NCBI RefSeq assembly: GCF_030684315.1 | Contig: NC_081397.1 | Span: forward strand, 5,332,001 to 5,396,000 | DNA: 64,000 nucleotides | Source of the DNA: Stegostoma tigrinum | Lineage: Eukaryota | Reading direction: 5' to 3' | Shown: positions 39,554-50,600 of the stretch, piece by piece | How the letters are laid out: each line of letters opens with the position of its first letter | How positions within the stretch are numbered: the stretch's first letter is position 1 | Notes under the pieces: generated by a model | The model's input: only the letters and a program-made list of their open reading frames with translations | What the model was told of the DNA's origin: nothing | Databases searched by the model: none | Translations under genes and position numbers: made by a program

Positions 39554-39847
39554 CTGATCATTTCCCCAATTCACTTTACACCTAGTTTCAGCAAAGCAAC
39601 TGGGGGCTGTGGGGGAAAGAGCGGAGACCGTTTGTATATAATGAGTTTTCTTTCCCACGATTCAATACCAATTCGCAAAAAAAAGAGCGTGAAACAGAAG
39701 CTAAACGATGAGTTTCGATCGTTTCCCGGACCATGTTAATAACTCTCTCCCTCCGGCTCTCACATTCTGGTGGGCAAGTGGAGTCGCTAACGGCCATTCG
39801 GCCCGTTAGATGTGCTCCCTAATTCAAAACATCACGCCTAATCTTAT

Positions 39848-42400
39848 GATAACAAAGTGTGGGGCTGGATGAACACAGCAGGCCAAGCAGCATCTCAGGA
39901 ACACAAAAAGCTGGCGTTTCGGGCCGAGGCGCTTCATCAGAAAATGGGGAGGGCGAGAGGATTCCGAACTAAATACGGAGAGAGGGGGAGGCGGACCGAA
40001 GATGGATAGAGGAGAAGGGATGTGCAGAGGAGACAATGGGTTGGGAGGGAGGAAAGGGATCGGTCAGTCCGGGGAGGACGGACAGGTCAAGGGGGCGGGA
40101 CGAGGTTAGTAGGTAGGAAACGGAGGTGCAGCTTGAGGTGGGAGGAGGGGACAGGTGAGAGGAAGAACAGGTTGGGCAGGCTGGTACGAGCTGGGCTGGT
40201 TTTTTGATGCAGTGGGGGGAGCGGAGATTTTGAAGCTGGTAAAATCCACATTGATGCCATTGGGCTGCAGGGTTCCCAAGCGGAATATGAATTGATGTTC
40301 ATGCAACCTCCAGGTGGCATCATTATGGCACTGCAAGATGCCCAGGATGGACATGTTGTCTGAGGAATGGGCCCAAGCTATGCCTGCCTCTTTGTGGCTT
40401 ATGTAGAACAGTCCCTCTTCTGCAGCGACACTGGCCCCAAACCCCACCTCTTCTTCCGCCACATTGATGAATGTATCGGCGCTGCCTCATGCTCCCAAGA
40501 GGAGCTCAAACAGTTCATCCATTTCACCAACACCTTCCACCCCAACCTCAAGTTCACCTGGACCATCTCCAACACATCCCTTTCCTTCCTGGACCTTTCT
40601 GTCTCCATCTCAGGTGACCACGTATAAACCGATGTCCATTTCAAGCCCACCGACTCCCACAGCTACCAGGTATACGCCTCCTCCCACCCACCCTCCTGCA
40701 AAATTTCCATCCCCTATTCCCAATTCCTTTGCCTCTGCTGCATCTGCTCCCAGGATGAGGCAATCCACTCCTGCACAACCCAGATGTCATCGTTCTTCAA
40801 GGGCCGCAACATCACCCCCGCAAGCAATCGAGAACACTGTCGACCGTGTCTCCCGCATTTTCCGTGCCATATCCCTCACACCACGCCCTCACAATAATTG
40901 CCCCAAGCGAATCCCAAAGTCCTCTGGCTTTCTGTAAGAAGGCAACGAGTGGTGGTTGATGGAAAATATTCAGCCTGGAGCCCGGTCATTAGTGGTGTGC
41001 CTCAAAGATCTGTTTTGGGGCCACTGCTGTTTGTCATTTTTGTTAATGACTTGGATGCAGTCATTGGTGGATGGGTTAGTAAGTTTGCAGAATACTCTGA
41101 ATTCGGTGGAGTGGTGGACAGTGTGGAAGAATGTTGCAGTTTGCAGGGAGACTTGGAGAAACTGCAGAATTGGGCCGAAAGTTGGCAAATGGAGTTCAAT
41201 ATCGATAAATGTGAGGTGATTGACTTTGGGAGGAATGATAGGAAAGTAGAATACTGGATCAATGGAAAGATTCTTGGTAGTGTGGTGTGCAGAGGGATCT
41301 TGGTGTCCATGTACATAGATCCATGAAAGTTGCCACCCATGTTGATACTGCTGTTAAGAAAGCTGATGGTGTGATAGGTTTGATTGGTAGAGGGATTGCG
41401 TTCCGAAGCCATGATGTCATGATGCAATTGTACAAAATGCTCATTCGGCCTCATTTGGAATATTGCGTGCAGTTCTGGTCGCCCCATTACAGGAAGGATG
41501 TGGAAGCATTGGAAAAGGTGAAAAGGAAATTTACCTGGATGATGCCTGGTCTGGAGCGCAGGCCCTATGAAGAAAGGCTGAGGGACTTGGGTCTGTTCTC
41601 ATTGGAGAGAAGAAGGCTAAGAGGTGATTTAATAGAGACATACAAGATGATCAGTGGATTAGATAGTGAGAGTCTTTTTCCAAGGATGATGACTTCAGTT
41701 TGTACAAGGGGGCATAGCTACAAATTGAAGAGTGATAGATTTAAGACAGATATCAGAGGCAGGCTCTTTACTCAGAGAGTGGTAAGGGCATGGAATACCA
41801 TGCCTGCCAATGTAGTTAACTCAGCCACATTAGGGGCATTTAAACAGTCCTTGGATAAGCAGATGAATAATGATGGGATAGTGTTGGGGAGGGGTTTAGA
41901 TTAGTTTGCAGGTCGGAGCAATATTGAGGGCTGAAGGGCCTGTTCTGCACTGTATTGTTCTATGTTCATTACCGCCCCACCAACCTCCGATACAACGCAT
42001 CATCCTCCAACACTTCTGCCATCTACAATCCGACTCCACCACCAAAGACATTTTTCCCACCCAACCCTTGCCTGTCTTCTGGAGAGACCAGTCTCTCCGT
42101 GACTTGCTTGTCCAATCCCACTACACCCGGCACTTTGCCCTGCAACCACAGGAAGTGCTACACTTGCCCCCACACATCCTCCCTCACCCCCATCCCAGGC
42201 CCCAAGGTGACTTTCCTCATCATGCAGATGTTCACCTGCATGTCCGCCAATGTGGTGTACTGCATCTGCTGTACACAGTGTGGCTTTCTGTACATTGAGG
42301 AAACCAAGCGGAGGCTTAGGGACTGCTTTGCGGAACATCTATGCTCGCAGTAAACAACTGCACCTCCCAGTCGCGAACCAGTTCAACTCCCCTCCCCATT
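39848..42400 (+). mobile_element. Composite PLE: inverted terminus (39848-40366), RT (40367-40915), endonuclease (41969-42400), split by a LINE
   Basis: MGPSYACLFV...FFRHIDE...FHPNLKFT...FLDL PLE RT motifs; CNHRKCYTC...LYIEETKRRL. Confidence 0.85.
40918..41967 (+). mobile_element. CR1-clade LINE 3' fragment nested in the PLE
   Basis: GVPQRSVLGPLLF, RPHLEYCVQFWSPHY, tail TTGTTCTATGTTC. Confidence 0.9.
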
Positions 42401-42429
42401 ACTGTGTCCTTAATTTCACCCAGGAAGGC

Positions 42430-44105
42430 ACGGTATAATGTGCATAAATGTAAGGTTATACACATTGGTCACAAAATAAAAGGAAGGCACTTTATTTTCT
42501 GGACGTCGATAAATGGACACAGTGGAATTTTCAATGAGACCTGGGTGCCCTCACAAATCAATCACTGAAATTAAGCATGTAGGTGTGGCAGGCAGTGAGA
42601 AAGACAACAGGTATGTTTTCCTTCATGGAGAGAGAACTAGAGTACAGGAGAAAAGTAGAAATTGTGACAATTTAACAGAGCATCTGTGAGACAACACCGA
42701 GAATATTGACAGCAGCTGTGGCCTCCTTATCTGGGAAGGATGGTGTTACTATAAAGGTAGTTTTAGTGGGCAGATTGCTGGGATGAAAGGAGAGATTGAA
42801 TTGTTTGTGTTCTTATGTACTTAAATTCAGAATAATGAGGGATTTTCTTAGAAATCTGTAAGACACTGGCAGACATAAACAATATAAATGCTGGAAAAAT
42901 ATTCCTGATGGTGTGAGTAACATTTTTCAGAGATGGGATAGGACATTTAGGGCTGAGAAAGGGAGAGATTTCTTCATACAGAGAACGGTATGCCTCTGGA
43001 ATTCTCTACCACGGAAATCAGCTACATCCAACACACTATATGATTTCAAAATGTTATTGGGTGTAGCAATTGTGAATAAAGGGAATCAAGGTATAATTGG
43101 CTTAATGGCAATAGAGAGAGAGTGAAGGTGGAGGTCTGTTTGTTTTTAACACTGGGGGCCTGTCACCAGTGGTTTCCACAGGGATTAGTACTGGCTCTGT
43201 TTTTGTTTGTCATTTATAAAAATAATTGGAATCAGAATATAGAAGGCATGGTAAGCACGTTTGTGAATGCTGGCAAAGTTAGTAGCAGAGTGAGTGGAGA
43301 AGGTTTTCTGAGATTACAAAGGGATCGTGATCCAATCGGTTGGGCTGCAAAATGGCGCTCAACTGGATAACTGTGAGGTTTTGCATTTTGGTGCAACATA
43401 CAAGGGTAGGCCTTGTACAATTAATGGGTAGTGTTGTAGAACAGAAGGACCGAGAATTCTTTTCAGTCTGCATCACACCTCAACAGGAAGGTGAAGAAGG
43501 TGTTTGGCACGCTTTCCTTCACTGCTCAGTCCCTTGAGTTTAGGAAGTGACAATCACATTGACGTTACACAGGGCATTGGGTGAGGCCAGTTGGCCATTT
43601 AGAGGAAGGACAGAATTAAGTTGGAGACCGATCAAAAGAGGTTCACCAGTAATTGCCGAGTATGTAGGTTTCAAGTTATACAGAAAAGATGGAAAGGCTG
43701 GGAGTTTTTTTTTCACTAGAGTGTAGCATGTTGAAAGTCAGCTTATAGAAGTTCATAAAATAATGAGGGGATGAGACAGAGTTAATGGCAGTTGTCTTTT
43801 GCCTGGGATGGGGGAATTGAGGAACGGCGTGAACATTTTTACAGTGACAGGAGAGAGATTAAAACAAAAGACACGAGGGTTTTATTGTCACAGAGCCTGC
43901 TGCAAGTGGAATGAACTTCCTGAGGAAACGGCCCATGTGTCTACAAATACAGCCTTGAAACGGCGTTTGGAAAAGTAGGTAAACATGATAGATTTGAAAA
44001 GAAACAGGCCAGGGACAGGCAGGTGGAACTAATTCAGTTTGGCATTATATTCGGCATGTTATGTTTGGACTGAAGGTTATGCATCCTTGCTGAACGACTC
44101 CATAT
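42430..44105 (+). mobile_element. Two old CR1-like LINE fragments
   Basis: FFIQRTVCLWNSLP and FPQGLVLALFLFVIYKN remnants. Confidence 0.7.
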
Positions 44106-44564
44106 GAGAGAAAAACGGACACAGGCTATTGAGTTAGATGGCCTGCCATTTTCATGATGAGTTGGAGGAGAGGTTTGAAGGGCCGATTGGTTCGGCCAAG
44201 TTGCCTTTATTTGTGTTTCTATGTCTGATTACTTCCAGAACCGATGTTGAGTATTGTCACCGGAATGTAAATTTTGAAAAAAAACTGATCTGGGTGATCA
44301 ATATAACTTCAAACCAGATGATTGGCTTTTGCAGCTGAATGTGGAGAAGAGCGAATCTCCAGCACACCGGCCTCAGAGAGTTTAACAGTTCCTGAGGGGA
44401 AAATCTCCAACGAACTCCCTGATATCGAGCAAAAGCTGAAAGGAAAACAAATTATATCCTTCCATATTTACATTTGGCGATGTTTCTGGCCTGTGACTGT
44501 GTGGATGTGAATATTGAATCAGAGAGACTTTGGGAAAAGGGCGGGCGTGTTAGTCTAACGTCAC

Positions 44565-44983
44565 TGTGTTTGTCTGTCCGCTCATATCATGATATTTCCG
44601 AATCTCTCTTGTGCAGATCGAAAATATTTTCAATTCCATTTATCCACCTGCTCCCCACTAAACCCGAAAGCTAGAATTCAAAGCTGTGTATTTGTTGATT
44701 TCAAGATTTCAGTCCAAAAGTGAGGATAATGCCAGCGCTCAGCTCAGAGAGCGCGATCAGAGCAGCAGCAAAATGCGTGTAACTCGACAACGGAGCCGTC
44801 AATTCGAGTGAAAACTTTTTGGCCGCGAACCTCCCCGTGTCATGGTCAAGAACGATCGAGCCTGGCTCTCTGTAGATGCGGAATTGCAGAGGAATTGGAG
44901 AGTTTCTGTCGAGAGAGAAACACAGAGCGGCAGCAGGAGCTGAGGGCAGGTTGTCTCCGCGCCGTCCGCTCGCTGCCTTTAAG
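44565..44983 (+). promoter_or_regulatory. H1 promoter: TG box, AC (H1) box, H4-site-II-like element, TATA-like
   Basis: TGTGTTT at 44565-44571; AAACACA at 44918-44924; TGTCTCCGCGCCGTCCGC at 44952-44969; TTTAAG at 44978-44983. Confidence 0.7.
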
Positions 44984-45063
44984 TTGCTCAGTGCCGCCAC
45001 CAGCAGCTTCATCGCTGACCCAGCTCAGTCTGACAGAGAGAGATTCAGCGCAGAGTTCCCGAC

Positions 45064-45702
45064 ATGAGCGACAGTGCAGCCGCCGAAACGGCTCCTCCAG
45101 CCTCCGCCAGCACCAAACCCAAGGCTCCCAAGAAGAAGAAGGCGGCGGCTCCCAGGAAGAAACCAGCCGGTCCCGGGTTGGGCGAGCGGATTGTGAAGAT
45201 TGTCGGGGAGAACAGCGATCGGAAGGGGACGTCTCTGGCCGCTATAAAGAAGGCGCTGCAGAGAAGCGGGGTCAATGTGGAGAAGCAGAATGCACAGATC
45301 AGGATGGCTACCAAGAGGTGCCTGGCGAAAGGCTCCCTGGTTCTGGTGAAGGGTCAGGGCGTCTCCGGCTCCTTCAAACTCGCAAAGAATCAGGTCAAGA
45401 CAAAAGTGGGAAAGAAGGCGAGACCCGCAGCAGCCGCCAAGAAAGCAGCCGTGAAGAAAACAACGGCCAAGAAGGTGGCAGCGAAGAAATCCCCAGCCAA
45501 GAAAGCAACAGGAAAGAAAGTGGCCGGCAAGAAGGCACCAACGCCAAAGAAAGCGGCGAAGAAAGCAGCGCCTCAGAAAAAGACTCCCGTGAAGAAGGTG
45601 AAAAAGACCAAGAGCCCCAAGGCCTCAAAGCCGGCCCCGAAATCGGTGAGAACGAAGGCGAAGGCCAAAGCGAAAGTGACCAAGAAAGCAGCAAAGAAAT
45701 GA
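45064..45702 (+). CDS. H1: Linker histone H1 (212 aa)
   Basis: Globular domain GPGLGERIVKIV...RKGTSLAAIKKAL...KGQGVSGSFKLAK; Lys/Ala/Pro-rich C-tail with S/TPxK motifs. Confidence 0.97.
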   Translation: MSDSAAAETAPPASASTKPKAPKKKKAAAPRKKPAGPGLGERIVKIVGENSDRKGTSLAAIKKALQRSGVNVEKQNAQIRMATKRCLAKGSLVLVKGQGVSGSFKLAKNQVKTKVGKKARPAAAAKKAAVKKTTAKKVAAKKSPAKKATGKKVAGKKAPTPKKAAKKAAPQKKTPVKKVKKTKSPKASKPAPKSVRTKAKAKAKVTKKAAKK

Positions 45703-45738
45703 AGCAGTCGGTGTAACGTGTCACCACCTGAACCCAAA

Positions 45739-45782
45739 GGCTCTTCTCAGAGCCACCCACATCTCTCCAGGAAAGAGCTGAG
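45739..45782 (+). terminator. Histone 3' stem-loop and U7-binding element (H1)
   Basis: GGCTCTTCTCAGAGCC-ACCCA at 45739-45759, then GGAAAGAGCTG. Confidence 0.95.
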
Positions 45783-45802
45783 CCCGGATCAAATGATCCC
45801 TG

Positions 45803-45985
45803 AGATAACAAGGTGTAGAGCTGGCTGGACATAACAGGCCAAGCAGCATGAGAGGAGCAGGAAAGCTGACGTTTCGGACCTGGATCCTCCTTCCTGCTCC
45901 TCTGATGCTGCTCGGCTCGCTCTGTCCATCCGACTCTACACCTTGTTATGTCAGGTTGTCCAGCATCTGCAGCTCCGTCTATAAG
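45803..45985. mobile_element. Fold-back PLE-terminus mini-element just 3' of H1
   Basis: GATAACAAGGTGTAGAG...CTCTACACCTTGTTAT inverted arms; absent from the homologous position in the 13.7 kb H1 relic. Confidence 0.7.
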
Positions 45986-46535
45986 TCAAATTATCCCTGT
46001 CCCGGTTCCGAGTGCAGACATAGCATAAACTTGAATTGATTCTATTAACTCAAATATCACATTTCCGAGAGCGGAAACTGAAAATGTTGATGGAATCATG
46101 GGGGGAGGGTCACTGGAACTGTATCTGGTTATTTCCTCCCACGGATTGTAATTCTGCCCAGACACTAATGTTGCATATTGCAGTATAACCCTTCCAGGAA
46201 TGATATTTTATCTAATTTTGATGCTACGATCTCTGGCGATGTTTTCACGGTTATTCCTTCCATTAACCTGCGAAATACATTTCAGGCAGCAATTGCAATT
46301 ACAAATTAAACATGCCCCGAAAAAAATGGGATTCTGTAATTAATCGCTTTGAAGTTGTTGAAATCGGCGGGTTTGATAAGATTGATTAACCACGGTTACC
46401 CAGCCGGTTGATCAGTTTGCCTGGGCTGTATTAAACCCCGCGCTTCCCTCCTGACTGGTACATACAGATCAGGCAATGAGCCCGTGTCCGGTCCGCGCTG
46501 CCTGCAAACTCGGTTTTAAAAAAAAATGGGGGTAA

Positions 46536-47030
46536 CAGCGCATGCGTGAGGCTGGCCCCGTCCCCAATGTTGCTTTTGCATGACCAGAGGAGCGCATGCG
46601 TGAACCTCCTCCACTACGCTGCCATTGAGGGGCATTTACTCAGTGAGAGGAAGAGGTTTGATTGTAACAGACCGCAATGGAGAGACCAGCGCCCAGGGAA
46701 GCGAGGGAGCAGCGGGCTCCTTCCTGCAGCGCATCGAGATGTGAGTCTGGGACACAGAGGGGGGCTCCGAGACCGACATGATTCGGGCTCAGTTCAGGGA
46801 GAACCGGGGGCTGTTGGTCAGAGGCCGAGCGGAGCAGGAACTGGTTCTGGCACTTGGAGAGAGAGCGGCCTGGGGCCGGGGAGAGGGAGAGGCCTTTCTC
46901 GGGCTGTGTGTGGGCCTGCTGAGGGAGACACAGCGGCAAGAAGCTGTTGGGTGTCAGTCTTGTGGTTTTCAAATCCCCAACCACTGATGGAAATTCATTG
47001 TTTGGATTCTGTTTCATGCTGTTTGTTGAC
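46536..47030 (+). promoter_or_regulatory. CpG-island promoter and putative first exon, copy 3 (ATG 46677, exon end 46740)
   Basis: GCGCATGCGT at ~46538 and ~46592, gcaATGG, donor GTGAGT at 46741-46746. Confidence 0.65.
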
Positions 47031-47531
47031 TTTTTGCATACAAAGTCGAAACACAGACAAGACTGTGGAAATATAAGAACCCTGTAAAGGACATGGATGA
47101 GAGTCAATATATTCTACAGTTAGTGCATTGGGATTTGGTAACATGAACTGCGCAGACATTGCAGTGGCTCTGGGTAGCACCTTACGTGGAGCTGTACAAT
47201 TATCGTTCCACTTCTAGACTTTACTCAATTGCTATCGAAGCAGATATACATTTAATAAAATGTCCTTCGACAAGGCCCAGCTGCAAGTTAAAATGGAATC
47301 AGACCTGCATTTGAATTGATGACTTTAAAGAAAAGGCAGATGTCTCATGACAATGTCATCATCCCTCGGGTTCTGTTGAAATGACAGGCTTTTTGAGCAC
47401 CGATCTTCAGAAGAAGTTAAAGAAAAGAAACATCCTAATAATTATTAACTGAGTATTACAGTAATCTTTTTGACATTGTAAAACTTAATTGATGTTGATT
47501 TACAGGAGTAAACTCTGCTGTCTTCCCCCAG

Positions 47532-47613
47532 GAAAACACTTGGAGGATCAAGACAATGTAATGTGTGCTTGGTACGAAGCCAAGGGTGACCAGCTCCTTC
47601 GAACAACCAACAG
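47532..47613 (+). other. Exon-like module A, right-arm copy (82 bp)
   Basis: ctgtcttcccccAG | GAAAACAC...AACAG | GTATGT. Confidence 0.45.
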
Positions 47614-50600
47614 GTATGTTACCATCTCCAAGCAGAGAACACCCTTTCCACAGGCACAGAGCAAATTGAGTCAGAGATGCATGAAGCTCAATTTCTGGTG
47701 ACATGCAAGCAAGCCAACAGTCAAACACAACCAACAAAATAAAAATAGTATCTTCTTCCCCCCCCCCCCCCCCCCCCCACCCCAACCTCTGTTTTCTGAA
47801 ATCACCACTCTGTTTCAAAAAATGATCATTTGTAGCCTATTGGCATTTACGGCACTTTTGAACGTGAATAGACTGAGTTTTCATCTGAAATAGACACAAA
47901 AGAACGGCAGTAAATCTACACTGAGTAAGCATGTTTTCAAATTTACTGTCAAGGTGAAGAAACAGTTCATGCTGTTACATAGTTACGCCAACCAAACATA
48001 TAGCAGATAATGAGGACAGATGTGGAAGAAAACATTCACGTTATCATCAGTAACTGAGCAGGACAGCATTCATCTTTTGTCAAATAGATGTCCCAGGCAC
48101 AGCCAGAACAATTAGTTTAATGTGCCTTCCAAATGCACATCCTGTCCCAAAGCCTGACGTAGAATGCCAGCAGAGTGTATGTGTGCACTTTCTGGCACAC
48201 ACTCACTCCTCTGAGTTGTAAATATATACACTATCCCATCAAACGTGTCACACCATCTAACAGCCATGAAGATCATGTATGTTGCAAATCTCAGTGTAAC
48301 AATAAAGATGATTTCCATTCAGGGATTTCAGGTCAGAGCTAGCCTTTCATGATGAGAGCCAAATAGAAAAGAATGTGAGCTAAATACTTCAATCCTCATG
48401 TGGACATGCACTCGTGTTCCTAATGTGAATATCACTTATTCACTGTACTTGGTGGGGGGGGGGGGGGGGGGGAGGACAAATTTTGTGGCGTTCAGTTCAG
48501 GCAGGTGATGCATTTTGAAAGATCCACTTCAAGATCGAACTATGTGGTAAATGGAAAAGCCCTGCCAAAAACTGCTCAGAGTTCTGGGTGTTCAGGTCCA
48601 TTGCACCCTGAAGGTGGCAACGCATGTCGATGTAGTGGTCAAGAAGACATACTGCATTCTTTCCTTCAACAGATGGGTCATTTAGTGCAAGAGTTGGCAG
48701 GTCATGTTACAGTTGTATAGGGCTTTGGTTTGAGCACATTTGGAATATTGTTTTCGGTTCAGGTCACCACACTACCTAAAGGATGTTGATGCTTTGGAGA
48801 AGGCGCAGAGGAGGTTCACCGGGATGTTGCCTGGCATGGAGGGTGCTAGCTATGAAGAGAGTTTGAGTAGATTAGGATTATTTATGTTAGCAAGTTGGAG
48901 GTTGAGGGGAGACTTGATTGAGGCCTACACAGTCATGAGATGAATTGACGGGGTGGGTAGCAAGAAGCTTTTTCCAAGAGTGTGGAACTCTATGACTACG
49001 TGTCATGATTTCATGGTGAGGGGGCAAAAGTTTAAGGATGATATGCATGGAAAATTCTTTACGCAGAAGGCTTTGGGTGCCTGGAATGCGTTGCCAGCGG
49101 AGGTGGTAGAGGTGTGCATTATAGTGTCCCTTAGTGTATATATGTAGACAGGTGACTGGACAGGGAGCAGAGGGATACAGATCCTTGGAAAATAGGTGAC
49201 AGGTTTAGATAGGGGATGTGGATCAGCACAGGCTTGGAGGGCCAAAGAGCCTGTTCCTCTGCTGAAATGTTTTTTTTTTGTTCTTTGACACACTGAATTC
49301 GTAAGAAGTAGTCCAAAAAATATATCGAACAAGAGATTAATTTCACCTCTGTGTCACCATCTCATTGACTTAGAGATTATTAAAGTATCATTTCCTTTTG
49401 TACAAACTGGAGAAATAGCATATCTGGATAAGTTTCAGATTGAAATTGATTATTGTTGTTGCATTTGTTTGCATAAAACTACAAACTGAATAGTGAAAAC
49501 CATCTGATACACTTCTAATGAATATAAACTTTGCTATTAAATGGACCAGAAGGAAATCAAGTAGTGACCTGAAATGATACAGAGAATAACCTACACTCAA
49601 GCAGATAACCTAGATTGTTGACTGTACAATTAAGAATGTCTCAAACAGTGAGCTTGCAACAACAAATGAACATTAAACTCTATATGTTTCCAGACCAGAG
49701 ACCGAGCAAGCCAAAATAAGACAGAAACCCTACCCTAGAAATTATACAGGGAGAGGATGATAAATGCATTCACAAACCAGTTAGCGTCAGGCATAGCCTA
49801 AAAACTCCTCTCTCAGATTTTACAGGACACGATCTGAGGGGTCTAAATGGTTAAATGCACTTGCACAGCCAGAGAGAAGAAACTGACAGGCACGTATTGA
49901 TAATGGCGCACTCATATTCACATATCAGAAAATGACAGGGACAGAAAGATAATTACACACACATTCAGACTGCAAAAACTGACAGGTACAGGCTGGTAAA
50001 TACATGCATACATGACAGGAAAGCAAAAGCATAAGTATATGTGGATTGATAACTACATTTGCATATTCACAGACAAATTTGACAGGGACATATTTGTAAC
50101 ACTTTCACATTCACGCAAGAGGAATTGATGGATATAGGTTGATAACTAAACTCACATATTTCACAGCAGAAATTGAGGGACAGTTTGATGATTACGCTCA
50201 TATCTTCACATGACAGCTACCAATAAGTATGAATCGATGATTACCACTCACACACACAAATTCATAGACGTCTGCAGCACAGCAAACAGTCCTTTCTCTC
50301 TCTGAATCTGCACTGTTCAGAAACAACCAGCCGACAATTCTACATCAATTCAGCCAGTATTCAAATTCCATGCATGTGTCATGTTGGCAGAGGAAGTATC
50401 ATCCTCACCTTTATCAGTTGTCAATTTCTTCAAGCATGATCAGATTTTTTTATTCTATATTAAGCAAGAGGACTTTATAATCAGAGACCTTTTGTTTTCA
50501 AATTAGCTTAAAATTTGTTCAAATATCTGTGTTCCTCTTGACAATCCACCTGAATTTTTACATAAAACATAAGAAAGCTTCATGCCATTTTTTTCAAACG

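Noticed and set aside
44808-45716. 302-aa ORF overlapping H1, and other antisense or alternate-frame ORFs over the histone genes
   Set aside because: These are shadow ORFs caused by GC-rich, biased histone codon usage and have no recognisable domains.
47757-48472. Poly-C and poly-G runs as functional G-quadruplex elements
   Set aside because: They are not conserved in the left arm, so they are probably homopolymer expansions or sequencing noise.
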